DNA of 59,317 nt, filler included, from 5 parts of 5 records of this genome joined end to end with filler, not necessarily neighbours in it, one strand, 5' to 3'. Positions 29,391 to 37,914 are shown, counted from the whole stretch's first letter. Numbers and translations: made by a program. Notes: generated by a model not told the origin, from the letters alone.

Positions 29391-30917
29391 CTACTCTTCC
29401 TCGAGCGCGGTCGCGAGGATCTCCCTCCAGGAACGCACGGCCTCGGAGTGGATCGCTGCCGTAGAGAGCCACTTCTTGCCATCGGCAAACCGAGATCTCG
29501 CCTCGACGTTCTCGATACGCAAAGGTTCGCTCGCATCATTGTAGATGCTCCCATCCGAGAGGCTGATGCTGAAGTTCACGTCGACCTCGAACCACCAACC
29601 TCTTCCGCCGGGTATACACCAGACATCGTAGGCGAACCCGTTGTCGCCTTCGTCTCCTGCGTGGGTGAAGAAGTAACCGTTGGTGATCTCGGCTGCTCCG
29701 TCGGGCATAAACGCATCCTTCTTCGAGAAGAAGGGGTGATCGAGTTGAGCGAAGGGAGGCTCGTGGTCGAGAGCACCCATGGCTTTCTGCCACGACTTTA
29801 GCTTCCTGACCCCGATCGTCGCAGGGTGCGCCACGCAAGCATATTCGACGTCTTTGATGATGACCTCCCTCCCCTTGTCGTCGAACGCCTGCCCCTCCTC
29901 ATCGAAACGAAACGGGAGCTTGCCTTGCGAGAAGACAAGCCCACAAAGCGCCGTATTGCCCGAGGTGATCGAAGCCCTGATTTTCCAGATGGGGAGTTCG
30001 ATTTGCAGAACCATCGCGTTCTTTGCCGCCGAGCGCACCAGCCCGAGGTCAGGATCGAGCAGCTCGTCGATCTGCGACGCATAATAACCCGTGCAGCGAT
30101 CGAGGAAGGATTTGCTCGAGAGCCCTTGCTCCTTTGCCGCCTGGGCAAACAGCGCCGCGGCCTTCCCGTGCGCGCTGTAATGAGGCGACATCTCCATCAC
30201 GACCTCGCCGAGCGAGGTCATATGCTCGCGAGAACCCCAATACGACTGGATCTCCATGATCTGCTGCACGCGCGCGCTGCGCCCCGAGCTCGACATCGAC
30301 TGCGCCCTGTACTGGTCCATCTCGATGTCATCGAGCTTCCCGAAGAAGGCCACCTGCAAGAAGGCCCACTTGTGTGGCGACTTCTCACCATCGTTCTTCC
30401 ACGCCTCATAGATCGCCTGGCTCCAACGCTGGCAATCCTCATCATCGAGGAGCTGTCGCATACGCTCGAGGCCAGGATCATCGAAATCGCCTGCGCTCTC
30501 GCGCATCCAGACGATCAGGCGTTTGCGGTCATCCTCGTCGAGGACCTCTCCGGTGCGCCATCGCATATCACCGAGGTCTGTGCCCGAGAGAAACTTGGGG
30601 AACTTGAGCTTCTTGTGCTCGGCGAGCGTACTCTTTGCCGCGTCGACGTAGAAGGATGTGCGCTCGCTCCCGGCGAAGACGAACAGCGCCGTCAGTGGGC
30701 TCTTGCCGATGACCTCGGCGTCTTGCTTGAACCAATGCGTTGGCGCGAAGGTCGGCAAGTCCTCGGGCCAACGCGACAGGTGCCCCTTGCAGTACTCGAC
30801 CACCTCGGGGAGCGGTTCGCTCCCGAACCAGTCGAGCAATCCTCGCCTCAACAACCGCCAGGTTTCGTGCGAAGGGTTGTGTTGTAGAATCTCTCGAATG
30901 TCTCCAAAACCAGCCAT
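29391..30917 (-). CDS. Hypothetical protein, DUF4132-like region
   Basis: 508-aa ORF with a GGAGG RBS; W..GE.SPHKWA and HP..W..EPPFAQL.HP motifs resemble DUF4132 proteins (recognition only). Confidence 0.55.
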   Translation of the reverse strand: MAGFGDIREILQHNPSHETWRLLRRGLLDWFGSEPLPEVVEYCKGHLSRWPEDLPTFAPTHWFKQDAEVIGKSPLTALFVFAGSERTSFYVDAAKSTLAEHKKLKFPKFLSGTDLGDMRWRTGEVLDEDDRKRLIVWMRESAGDFDDPGLERMRQLLDDEDCQRWSQAIYEAWKNDGEKSPHKWAFLQVAFFGKLDDIEMDQYRAQSMSSSGRSARVQQIMEIQSYWGSREHMTSLGEVVMEMSPHYSAHGKAAALFAQAAKEQGLSSKSFLDRCTGYYASQIDELLDPDLGLVRSAAKNAMVLQIELPIWKIRASITSGNTALCGLVFSQGKLPFRFDEEGQAFDDKGREVIIKDVEYACVAHPATIGVRKLKSWQKAMGALDHEPPFAQLDHPFFSKKDAFMPDGAAEITNGYFFTHAGDEGDNGFAYDVWCIPGGRGWWFEVDVNFSISLSDGSIYNDASEPLRIENVEARSRFADGKKWLSTAAIHSEAVRSWREILATALEEE

Positions 30918-31145
30918 AACACCACCTCCTCGAGCATCGCTCGTGGGTTGTCCAATTCACGTATCCAGTAGTAATCTCCAGTGTATGCCCTACCACGAAC
31001 AAATCGATCGCGCTGCGAACATTTACTCGCGCTATCCCACCATGTTTCCCTCGAACTGCACCGAATCCGACGTCCGTTTTGTCACCCTCGCGCCTCCGTA
31101 TATACGGACCCGGCAACGACCCATCCATCCAAGAGGACACGAGTC

Positions 31146-31730
31146 ATGAGACGAACAAGGAAGACATTGACGGCGCTCTCGGTCGCCATCGCCATCGCGT
31201 TCTCGATGACGGCGACGGCGCAGTTCGGCTGCGTCCTGAACGATGACTTCCTGCGTGATTCTGACGTCTTCCAGTGTGAAGACAACGGAGATTGCGGCGA
31301 GCCTGGGTATGAGTGCAACCCATCCACGAACAGGTGTGAGCGCGCGTGGGCCGATTCCTTTTGTGAGGATCAGGACGACGATGGGTATGGCGTCGGCGAA
31401 GTTCGGAACGAATGTGCGTTCACGGCAGAAGATCCCGATGACACCGATGCTTCGATTAACCCAGGCGCTCATGACATCTGTGATGGAAAGGACAACGACG
31501 TGGATGGAGAGGTGGACGAGCTCCTCGATTGCTCGGAAGGAGGCGATCGCGACTGTTATACACAGCTCCAGATCCCTCGAGAGAACACGCTATTTTCCTG
31601 CATCGAGGACCGATGTGTGTTGCTGCCCGCGAACTCGACCGGCGAGTGCGAAGGTGTGCGGCTGAGATGTGAGGGCGGCGTTTATGATGATTCTGAGGCA
31701 GTCGCCAGGGGATGCATTCCCCCGGAGTGA
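31146..31730 (+). CDS. Secreted Cys-rich protein with a MopE-like putative metal-binding motif
   Basis: Signal/lipobox-like AQFGC; DQDDDGYG..DPDDTDASINPGAHDICDGKDNDVDGEVDE. Confidence 0.75.
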   Translation: MRRTRKTLTALSVAIAIAFSMTATAQFGCVLNDDFLRDSDVFQCEDNGDCGEPGYECNPSTNRCERAWADSFCEDQDDDGYGVGEVRNECAFTAEDPDDTDASINPGAHDICDGKDNDVDGEVDELLDCSEGGDRDCYTQLQIPRENTLFSCIEDRCVLLPANSTGECEGVRLRCEGGVYDDSEAVARGCIPPE

Positions 31731-31749
31731 TGCGATCCTGGAAAGAAAT

Positions 31750-31779
31750 AGGCGCCCGGTGTGAAAACACCGGGCGCCT
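31750..31779. terminator. Terminator hairpin between convergent gene and tRNA
   Basis: AGGCGCCCGGTGT-GAAA-ACACCGGGCGCCT, a perfect 13-bp stem. Confidence 0.8.
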
Positions 31780-31788
31780 CTTTAGAAA

Positions 31789-31815
31789 TGATCCCGACAG
31801 GGTTCGAACCTGTGA
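31789..31815 (-). tRNA. 3' part of a tRNA (T arm and acceptor 3' strand), truncated by contig end
   Basis: TC-ACAGG-TTCGAAC-CCTGT-CGGGATC-A; no encoded CCA; can pair with the GGTCCCG 5' strand at 25471. Confidence 0.8.
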
Positions 31816-31915
31816 NNNNNNNNNNNNNNNNNNNNNNNNNNNNNNNNNNNNNNNNNNNNTTAATTAATTAANNNNNNNNNNNNNNNNNNNNNNNNNNNNN
31901 NNNNNNNNNNNNNNN
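31816..31915. other. Artificial contig spacer
   Basis: 100-nt N run with TTAATTAATTAA. Confidence 0.99.
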
Positions 31916-32059
31916 AGTTGAAAGTTCAAAGTGTAAAGTTCAAACACGACACTGGCGTTATGCCGAATTGAACGGCAAATGCTTCGCGCTGCATCGCAGG
32001 CAAGGCTTTTACGGATCCGTCGAGCCCGCACCGCACTTTTCAACTTTGAACTTTCAACT
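31916..32059. repeat. Inverted repeat built of heptamers
   Basis: AGTTGAAAGTTCAAAGT (31916-31932) and its exact reverse complement (32043-32059). Confidence 0.75.
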
Positions 32060-33370
32060 GCCCTTCATTACCTTTTCAATCTCTGCCACGTCCTTGGGCA
32101 CCTCGTGGCTAAGCACTTCGCAGCCGGTTTTGGTCACCAGCACATCATCCTCGATGCGGATGCCAATGCCCCGCCATTGCTCGTCCACTGTGGTGTCATC
32201 CGGCGCCACATAGAGCCCCGGCTCCACGGTCAGCGCCATGCCCGGCTCCAGTTGGCGCCATTGTTCCTGAATGCGGTAATCACCCACGTCATGCACATCC
32301 AGACCCAGCCAATGGCCGGTGCGGTGCATGAAGAATTGTCGGTAGCCTTCCGTTTCCACCAGCTCGTTGAATTCCCCTTTCAACAGACCCAGGTCGATCA
32401 ACCCCTGAGTCAGGATATTCACCACCTGCTCGTGGGGCACGTTCCAGTGGTTGTCCGGGTGGGTGGCTTCGATGGCCGCATACTGGCTGGCCAGCACCAA
32501 CTCATACAGCGCCTGCTGAGGCTTGCTGAATGTGCCATTCACCGGAAAGGTACGGGTAATATCGGACGCATAGTGTTCCAGCTCGCAACCGGCATCCACC
32601 AGCACCAGATCACCGGCTTTCAGCTTTCCGGTGTTTTCGATGTAATGAAGAATGCAGCTATTGGCGCCGCCACCGACGATGCTCGGGTAGGCCGGGCTGC
32701 GCGAACCGTGGCGCATGAATTCGTGGATGTATTCTGCTTCCAGCTGGTATTCCATCATGCCCGGTTTGACCGCCTGCATGGCGCGCACATGGGCGCCGGC
32801 AGAAATGCTGGCCGCCTTGCGCATCAGCTTGCCTTCGGCGGCGGATTTGAACAGCCGCAGGTCGTGCAGATGATGGGCCAGCGCCACGAATTCACCCGGC
32901 GGATGCGCGCCACTGCGCACTCGTTCGCGGATACTGTTGACCCAGCCCATCAGGCGCCGGTCGAATTCGCTGTCGTGGCCCAGATCGTAATAGACCCGCT
33001 CGCTGCCTTCGATCAGGCCCGGGAGAATTTCATCAATATCGCTGATCGGGAATGCATCGTCCGCATCATATTCGGATACCGCACCTTCCGGCCCGGCCCG
33101 GTAGCCGTTCCAGATTTCCATGGTGCGATCACGGTCGCGACAGAACAGCACGTACTCACCATGCTCCCGCCCCGGCAGCAGCACCATCACCGCTTCCGGC
33201 TCTGCAAAGCCTGTGAGGTACCAGAAATCGCTGTTCTGCCGGTAGGGGTACTCCACGTCCCGGTTGCGGGTACGCTCCGGGGCCGCAGGCAGAATGGCAA
33301 TACTGTTGGGCCCCATGATGGTCATCAGTTCCTGACGACGACGGGCGAATTCCTGGCGACTGATACTCAA
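32054..33370 (-). CDS. pepP: Xaa-Pro aminopeptidase
   Basis: YRQNSDFWYLTGF.EP, DITRTFP, HWLGLDVHD, TVEPGLY and GIRIEDD motifs. Confidence 0.96.
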   Translation of the reverse strand: MSISRQEFARRRQELMTIMGPNSIAILPAAPERTRNRDVEYPYRQNSDFWYLTGFAEPEAVMVLLPGREHGEYVLFCRDRDRTMEIWNGYRAGPEGAVSEYDADDAFPISDIDEILPGLIEGSERVYYDLGHDSEFDRRLMGWVNSIRERVRSGAHPPGEFVALAHHLHDLRLFKSAAEGKLMRKAASISAGAHVRAMQAVKPGMMEYQLEAEYIHEFMRHGSRSPAYPSIVGGGANSCILHYIENTGKLKAGDLVLVDAGCELEHYASDITRTFPVNGTFSKPQQALYELVLASQYAAIEATHPDNHWNVPHEQVVNILTQGLIDLGLLKGEFNELVETEGYRQFFMHRTGHWLGLDVHDVGDYRIQEQWRQLEPGMALTVEPGLYVAPDDTTVDEQWRGIGIRIEDDVLVTKTGCEVLSHEVPKDVAEIEKVMKGS

Positions 33371-33386
33371 AACGACTCCTTAAATA

Positions 33387-33430
33387 ACGCAACAGGCGGC
33401 ACGCTTCACGCAACTCACGCAACTCACGCA
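33387..33430. repeat. Heptamer/nonamer tandem array (acgcaac/aggcggc/acgcttc/acgcaac-tc)
   Basis: Periodicity read directly; shares the acgcttc unit with the array at 22250. Confidence 0.6.
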
Positions 33431-33457
33431 AAAAACCAAACGCCTGGTCCCCACCAC

Positions 33458-34048
33458 TTAATGGCGGGTTGGCGGTGTTTTATCCGCCGGGGCCGACTCT
33501 GGCTTGCCCTGATGGCGCATGACCAGCTCAGTGTAAATCATCAGGGCCGACATCCGGCAGTGCTCGGCCACCTGCTCGAACATGTCTTCCTCGGCGTCGC
33601 CGTCATCATCGGGCGTGGCCACCTGGCTGATAGCCGCCAGATCTGACAGGGCTTCCTGTACACCCGGCGACAGGTCCTTGTCGTGGGTGTTGGCCGAGCC
33701 GGTACCGAAACCCACCAGAAAGCCTTCGCTCCACTGGGCCAGTGCGGCCACCCGCAAGCCCAGGTCATCCTCATCCGCCGGCAGCAGCAGGTTCAGCTCC
33801 AGACCGGTGCCCTGATAACCGCCGTGCAACTGATCCCGAACCGTCAGCAAGGCACCATTCATCTCGGCACCGAAACCCTCCGGCATATCCACGTGGGCAG
33901 CCAGCACCCCAAGCAGTTCCTCATTGTGGCCGCCGTGCCCGGTGGCCAGCAGGCCGGCAATCACCCCCTGCAATTCACTGGGAGAATGCTTTACGCCAGC
34001 CACAGCCAGCCCCTGGACGAGAACCTCAAAATCAATATCGTTGGACAT
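33458..34048 (-). CDS. UPF0149 family protein (YgfB-like)
   Basis: PSELQG.IAG, LLLP.D..R..AL..W.EGFL.GFG; upstream of pepP. Confidence 0.88.
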   Translation of the reverse strand: MSNDIDFEVLVQGLAVAGVKHSPSELQGVIAGLLATGHGGHNEELLGVLAAHVDMPEGFGAEMNGALLTVRDQLHGGYQGTGLELNLLLPADEDDLGLRVAALAQWSEGFLVGFGTGSANTHDKDLSPGVQEALSDLAAISQVATPDDDGDAEEDMFEQVAEHCRMSALMIYTELVMRHQGKPESAPADKTPPTRH

Positions 34049-34282
34049 GCGTCTTTCCGTTTTCAACAGCCGGTGATCCGCTGGCGCGGCGGCCCCGGGA
34101 AGCAGAGTTGGGGATTACCTGAGAAGTGTGTGCTAAGTGGCTATCACACTTGAATTTCATTGACCCTTACAGACCCCACACCTATAGTACAAAAAGCCTG
34201 CAATCCGGGTGGGGGCGCCATCACCGGAAAATACCGGTAAGGTGCAGGGGAGCTACCTTAGGCGAACAGCGACCATTTTGCC

Positions 34283-34495
34283 ATGACGACGGAACAACAA
34301 CTGAGGCAACTGGAAGCCCGAGTCGATGACCTGCTGCGCATCAGCGCGCGGTTGCGTCAAGAGAACCAGGCCTTGCAAGATCGCGAGAGCAAACTGGTGG
34401 AAGAACGGGCCCAGTTACTGAAAAAAAATGATGCGGCCCGCAGTAAAGTCGAGGCCATCATCTCGCGTCTGAAATCTCTCGAGCAGGAATCCTGA
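34283..34495 (+). CDS. TIGR02449 family coiled-coil protein (ZapB-like)
   Basis: LEARVDDLL..ERAQLLKKN..ARSKVEAIISRLK.LEQ; upstream of zapA. Confidence 0.85.
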   Translation: MTTEQQLRQLEARVDDLLRISARLRQENQALQDRESKLVEERAQLLKKNDAARSKVEAIISRLKSLEQES

Positions 34496-34546
34496 ACGTG
34501 ATCGCCTGCCTGACTCTGACCCACAGCCAATGCGGTGTAATCCGGA

Positions 34547-34858
34547 ATGTCTAACGAAAACTCCCTGGTAATTCACCTACTGGACAAGGAGTATCGCGTC
34601 GCCTGCCCCGCCGGGGAACAGGACAACCTGCTGGCGGCCGCCCGTTATCTGGACGAACAGATGCGCGAAGTACGTGATGCCAATGTGATCGGCCTGGAAC
34701 GCATTGCCATCATGACGGCCCTGAACATGAGCCACGAACTGCTCCGCGCCCGCCAGAGCGTCTCCCAGGATTCCGAAAGCGAAGCCCGCGTGCAGGCCCT
34801 GCTCGGCCGCCTGGAAGATGAAATACAGGCCTTCGAAGACGCCCGCCGGAAGCTTTAA
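34547..34858 (+). CDS. zapA: Cell division protein ZapA
   Basis: LLDKEYRVACP..AARYLD..M..GLERIAIMTALN motif. Confidence 0.92.
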   Translation: MSNENSLVIHLLDKEYRVACPAGEQDNLLAAARYLDEQMREVRDANVIGLERIAIMTALNMSHELLRARQSVSQDSESEARVQALLGRLEDEIQAFEDARRKL

Positions 34859-34874
34859 CTGTTCTCCGCCTCGC

Positions 34875-35020
34875 CTGTAGGAGCACCTCTTGCAGGTGCG
34901 AACCGAGCATAACGAGACCACACAGAAACAGCTAACTACACGCGCTCAGAGAACCCCATTGAGCCGCCAGCGATTTACACGCTTACACGGGGTTCGCACC
35001 TGCAAGAGGTGCTCCTACAG
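34875..35020. repeat. REP doublet (REPIN-like): perfect 30-bp inverted repeat
   Basis: CTGTAGGAGCACCTCTTGCAGGTGCGAACC (34875-34904) and its exact reverse complement (34991-35020). Confidence 0.88.
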
Positions 35021-35093
35021 CGGCTTCGCATCCTGACCAAGAACCACCAACGAAATCCCTGCCCTGTCAAGACTGACCCACCCCCCGCACCCC

Positions 35094-35102
35094 TGATATA
35101 AT
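35094..35102 (+). promoter_or_regulatory. Extended -10 promoter of 6S RNA
   Basis: TGATATAAT (TGn-TATAAT), 8 nt before the 6S start. Confidence 0.7.
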
Positions 35103-35110
35103 GATCTCAA

Positions 35111-35295
35111 GTGCTTCCTGGCCCGTGCGCCAGAGGGTCAAGTCCCCTTGCCGATAATGTACTACCCGGGGGCATATATTGCCTTGTCCGTGTGCATGTC
35201 CGCCTATTGAGCGGAAAGCCTGAGGGCAAAGCTGCTGCCTCCACCTTGAACCTTCGGTTCAAGGGTCAAACCCGCAGCGGCGGGCCGGGAAGCAC
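35111..35295 (+). ncRNA. ssrS: 6S RNA
   Basis: Between zapA and fau; complementary ends GTGCTTCC/GGAAGCAC; CCTTGAACC-TTC-GGTTCAAGG element; about 185 nt. Confidence 0.9.
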
Positions 35296-35305
35296 CCTTT
35301 ATTAT

Positions 35306-35340
35306 CGCCTGACGCCGGATGCCGGATGCCTGACGCGAAA
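35306..35340. repeat. Heptamer array (cgcctga/cgccgga/tgccgga/tgcctga)
   Basis: Same unit family as 18091; overlaps the fau start codon. Confidence 0.6.
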
Positions 35341-35925
35341 ATCCCCACCACGCGGCAACGCCAGCAATTGCGCCGCCAGTTCCGACAGCGCCGCCGCGCC
35401 CTGCACATCGGTCAACGCCGCCGCGCCAGCGCCCGTTTCGGCCCCGCACTGGCCCGTGCCATACAACACCGTCCTGCCCGCCACGTCGCCATTTACCTGC
35501 CCAACGACGGCGAACTGGATGTGCGCCCCGCCCTGCGCCACCCTCGCTTTCAGCAGGCCTCCACCTATCTGCCTTTTGTTGACAACCTGCGCCCCGGACA
35601 CCTGCAATTTCGCCTCTGGCAGCATCATCACCCCATGCGCCCCAATGCCTACGGCATTCACGAACCCGCCCTGCGCTACCGCGGACGGGCCCTGTGGGCG
35701 CTGGATGTGATTATCCTGCCTGCCGTGGCATTTGATGAGGCAGGGTATCGACTGGGCATGGGCGGGGGCTACTACGATCGTACCCTGGCACAACTGGCAC
35801 GGCATCCGCGCCGGCCACGGCTGGTGGCCGCCGGGTACGATTTTCAGAAAATGGAGCGAGGTGAGCTACCGGTGGCCCCGTGGGACCAACCGGTGGACAG
35901 CGTGGTTACTGCTGCGTCTGAGTAA
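35326..35925 (+). CDS. fau: 5-formyltetrahydrofolate cyclo-ligase
   Basis: YLPNDGELD, YGIHEP and AFDEAGYRLGMGGGYYDRTL motifs; downstream of ssrS. Confidence 0.92.
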   Translation: MPDAKIPTTRQRQQLRRQFRQRRRALHIGQRRRASARFGPALARAIQHRPARHVAIYLPNDGELDVRPALRHPRFQQASTYLPFVDNLRPGHLQFRLWQHHHPMRPNAYGIHEPALRYRGRALWALDVIILPAVAFDEAGYRLGMGGGYYDRTLAQLARHPRRPRLVAAGYDFQKMERGELPVAPWDQPVDSVVTAASE

Positions 35926-36055
35926 CGGTAATGCCTGCACTGTCAGCGTAACGCTGGTAATCCGGTTCATTTCCACCATGAGTCAGGCTGCTGACCAGCA
36001 CACCCAACCCGAAAACAACCGCCAGTAGCACCAGGGCGTCCGGCTTTTTCTTCAT
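35906..36055 (-). CDS. Small membrane protein, 49 aa (below the ORF-track cutoff)
   Basis: MKKKPDALVLLAVVFGLGVLVSSLTHGGNEPDYQRYADSAGITVTQTQQ; GGGGA RBS; own AT-rich upstream region. Confidence 0.65.
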   Translation of the reverse strand: MKKKPDALVLLAVVFGLGVLVSSLTHGGNEPDYQRYADSAGITVTQTQQ

Positions 36056-36305
36056 TGTTCTATTCCCCAAAATGGTACAGCAATATGAAAAAAGTGACCC
36101 AAAAGTATTAACAAGATTGTCACCTTAGTCTGATTCAACAGCATAAAATGCCAAGTGGGTCAAAATTTGATCATTTCCAAATGTAAAGTCAAGCAGTTAG
36201 CGCTGCTTGCTGACACTTCTTAACAGAACCCCCCGCTAACTCTCCAATGTCGCAGGGCGCATTCCACGTCAAGCCAACATCTTCTACATGCCGAAGACAA
36301 TGTAA

Positions 36306-36318
36306 AATCAACAAGTTA
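36306..36318 (+). promoter_or_regulatory. IHF-consensus site
   Basis: AATCAACAAGTTA matches WATCAANNNNTTR. Confidence 0.45.
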
Positions 36319-36396
36319 GCGCTCATCGGGCGAAAAGCAGGAGCACTGACAAACTCCGCAACGGCTACGCCGATTAACTGACCGGTTAAACCGGCG

Positions 36397-37914
36397 TTAG
36401 TTCAAAAATAGCCGGTACGCAGGGTTGTCGCTTTCTTCCACCATGGGATAGGGCACCTTTTTGAGGTCGGCCAATAGCCCGGCCTGCTTGCCCTCCTCCA
36501 CCTGGAAGCCCACCAGCACACGGCCATAGGCCGCACCATGGTTGCGGTAATGGAACAGGCTGATATTCCATTTTTCGCCCAGCGACTGCAGAAATTTCAT
36601 CAACGCCCCCGGGCGCTCCGGGAATTCCACCCGAAACAGTCGCTCCTGCAAGTCCTGACGTGAGGTATGGCCTCCAACCAAATGGCGGATATGCAGCTTG
36701 GCCATTTCGTTGCCACTCATATCCACCACCGGATAACCGCGCTCCTGCAATTCGCTCATCAACGCCTGCAGCGCCTCACCGCCCGGGCGTAACTGGATGC
36801 CCACAAAAATATTGGCATCGCGGTCATCACTGTAACGGTAGTTGAATTCGGTGATTCCTCGCCGGCCGAGAGCCTGACAGAATGCCCGGAACGCACCCGG
36901 CTTCTCCGGAATGGTCACCGCCAGGATCGCCTCGCGCTGCTCACCCAACTCGGCACGCTCTGACACATGACGCAGGCGGTCAAAATTCACATTGGCGCCA
37001 CTTTGAATCGCTACCAGGGTCTGGTCACGCACATCGTGCTTCGCCACCCAGTTTTTCAAACCGGCCAGTGCCAACGCACCGGCAGGCTCACAAATCGCCC
37101 GGGTATCTTCAAAGGCATCCTTGATGGCCGCACAGATTTCGTCTGTGCTGGCGGTGATCACCTCATCCACGTGGTCGCGCAGCACCTTGTAGGTTTCCTT
37201 GCCGATCTGCTTCACCGCCACGCCGTCGGCAAACAGCCCCACTTCAGGCAGCGTAACCCGGCGCTTTTTCTCCAACGCCGCTTTCAGGCAGGCCGCATCC
37301 TCCGGCTCTACGGCGATCACTTTCACATCCGGGCGCACGTATTTCACATAAGCCGCCACGCCAGCCGCCAGGCCACCGCCGCCCACCGGAATGAAAATGG
37401 CATCCAGATCGCGACTTTGCTGGCGCAGAATTTCCATGCCCACGGTGCCCTGCCCGGCAATCACATCCGGGTCATCGTAGGGGTGAACAAAGGTCAAATT
37501 GTCGCGGGCCTGCAACTTCAATGCATGGGCCAGCGCTTCATCAAAACTGTCGCCGTGCAGCACCACCTTGCCGCCATGGCGACGCACGGAACTGACCTTG
37601 ATGTCAGGGGTGGTGCGCGGCATCACGATGGTTGCCTTGATACCCATGGACGACGCGGCCAGTGCCAGCCCCTGGGCATGATTGCCCGCCGAAGCGCAGA
37701 TCACCCCGCGAGCTAGCTGCTCCTGTGTTAGCTGACACAACTTGTTATAGGCGCCACGCAGCTTGAAGGAGAACACCGGCTGAAGGTCTTCACGCTTGAG
37801 CAGCACCCGGTTGCCAATACGTTTGGAAATCAACGGCGCTGCATGAATGGGAGTTTCCACCGCCACGTCGTAGACGCGGGATTGCAGTATCCGTTTAACG
37901 TATTTGTCCAACAT
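36397..37914 (-). CDS. ilvA: Threonine ammonia-lyase, biosynthetic
   Basis: KREDLQPVFSFKLRGAYNK, SAGNHAQG, and two ACT-like domains (FPERPGAL, FHYRNHG). Confidence 0.97.
   Translation of the reverse strand: MLDKYVKRILQSRVYDVAVETPIHAAPLISKRIGNRVLLKREDLQPVFSFKLRGAYNKLCQLTQEQLARGVICASAGNHAQGLALAASSMGIKATIVMPRTTPDIKVSSVRRHGGKVVLHGDSFDEALAHALKLQARDNLTFVHPYDDPDVIAGQGTVGMEILRQQSRDLDAIFIPVGGGGLAAGVAAYVKYVRPDVKVIAVEPEDAACLKAALEKKRRVTLPEVGLFADGVAVKQIGKETYKVLRDHVDEVITASTDEICAAIKDAFEDTRAICEPAGALALAGLKNWVAKHDVRDQTLVAIQSGANVNFDRLRHVSERAELGEQREAILAVTIPEKPGAFRAFCQALGRRGITEFNYRYSDDRDANIFVGIQLRPGGEALQALMSELQERGYPVVDMSGNEMAKLHIRHLVGGHTSRQDLQERLFRVEFPERPGALMKFLQSLGEKWNISLFHYRNHGAAYGRVLVGFQVEEGKQAGLLADLKKVPYPMVEESDNPAYRLFLN

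Noticed and set aside
31979-33646. 555-aa plus-strand ORF
   Set aside because: Antisense shadow of pepP and the UPF0149 gene.
35111-35710. 199-aa ORF starting at 35111
   Set aside because: It overlaps 6S RNA and fau in another frame; the RNA interpretation is much better supported.
36136-36154. Sigma54 promoter candidate TGGCATTTTATGC on the minus strand
   Set aside because: The GG-to-GC spacing is not the required 10 nt.
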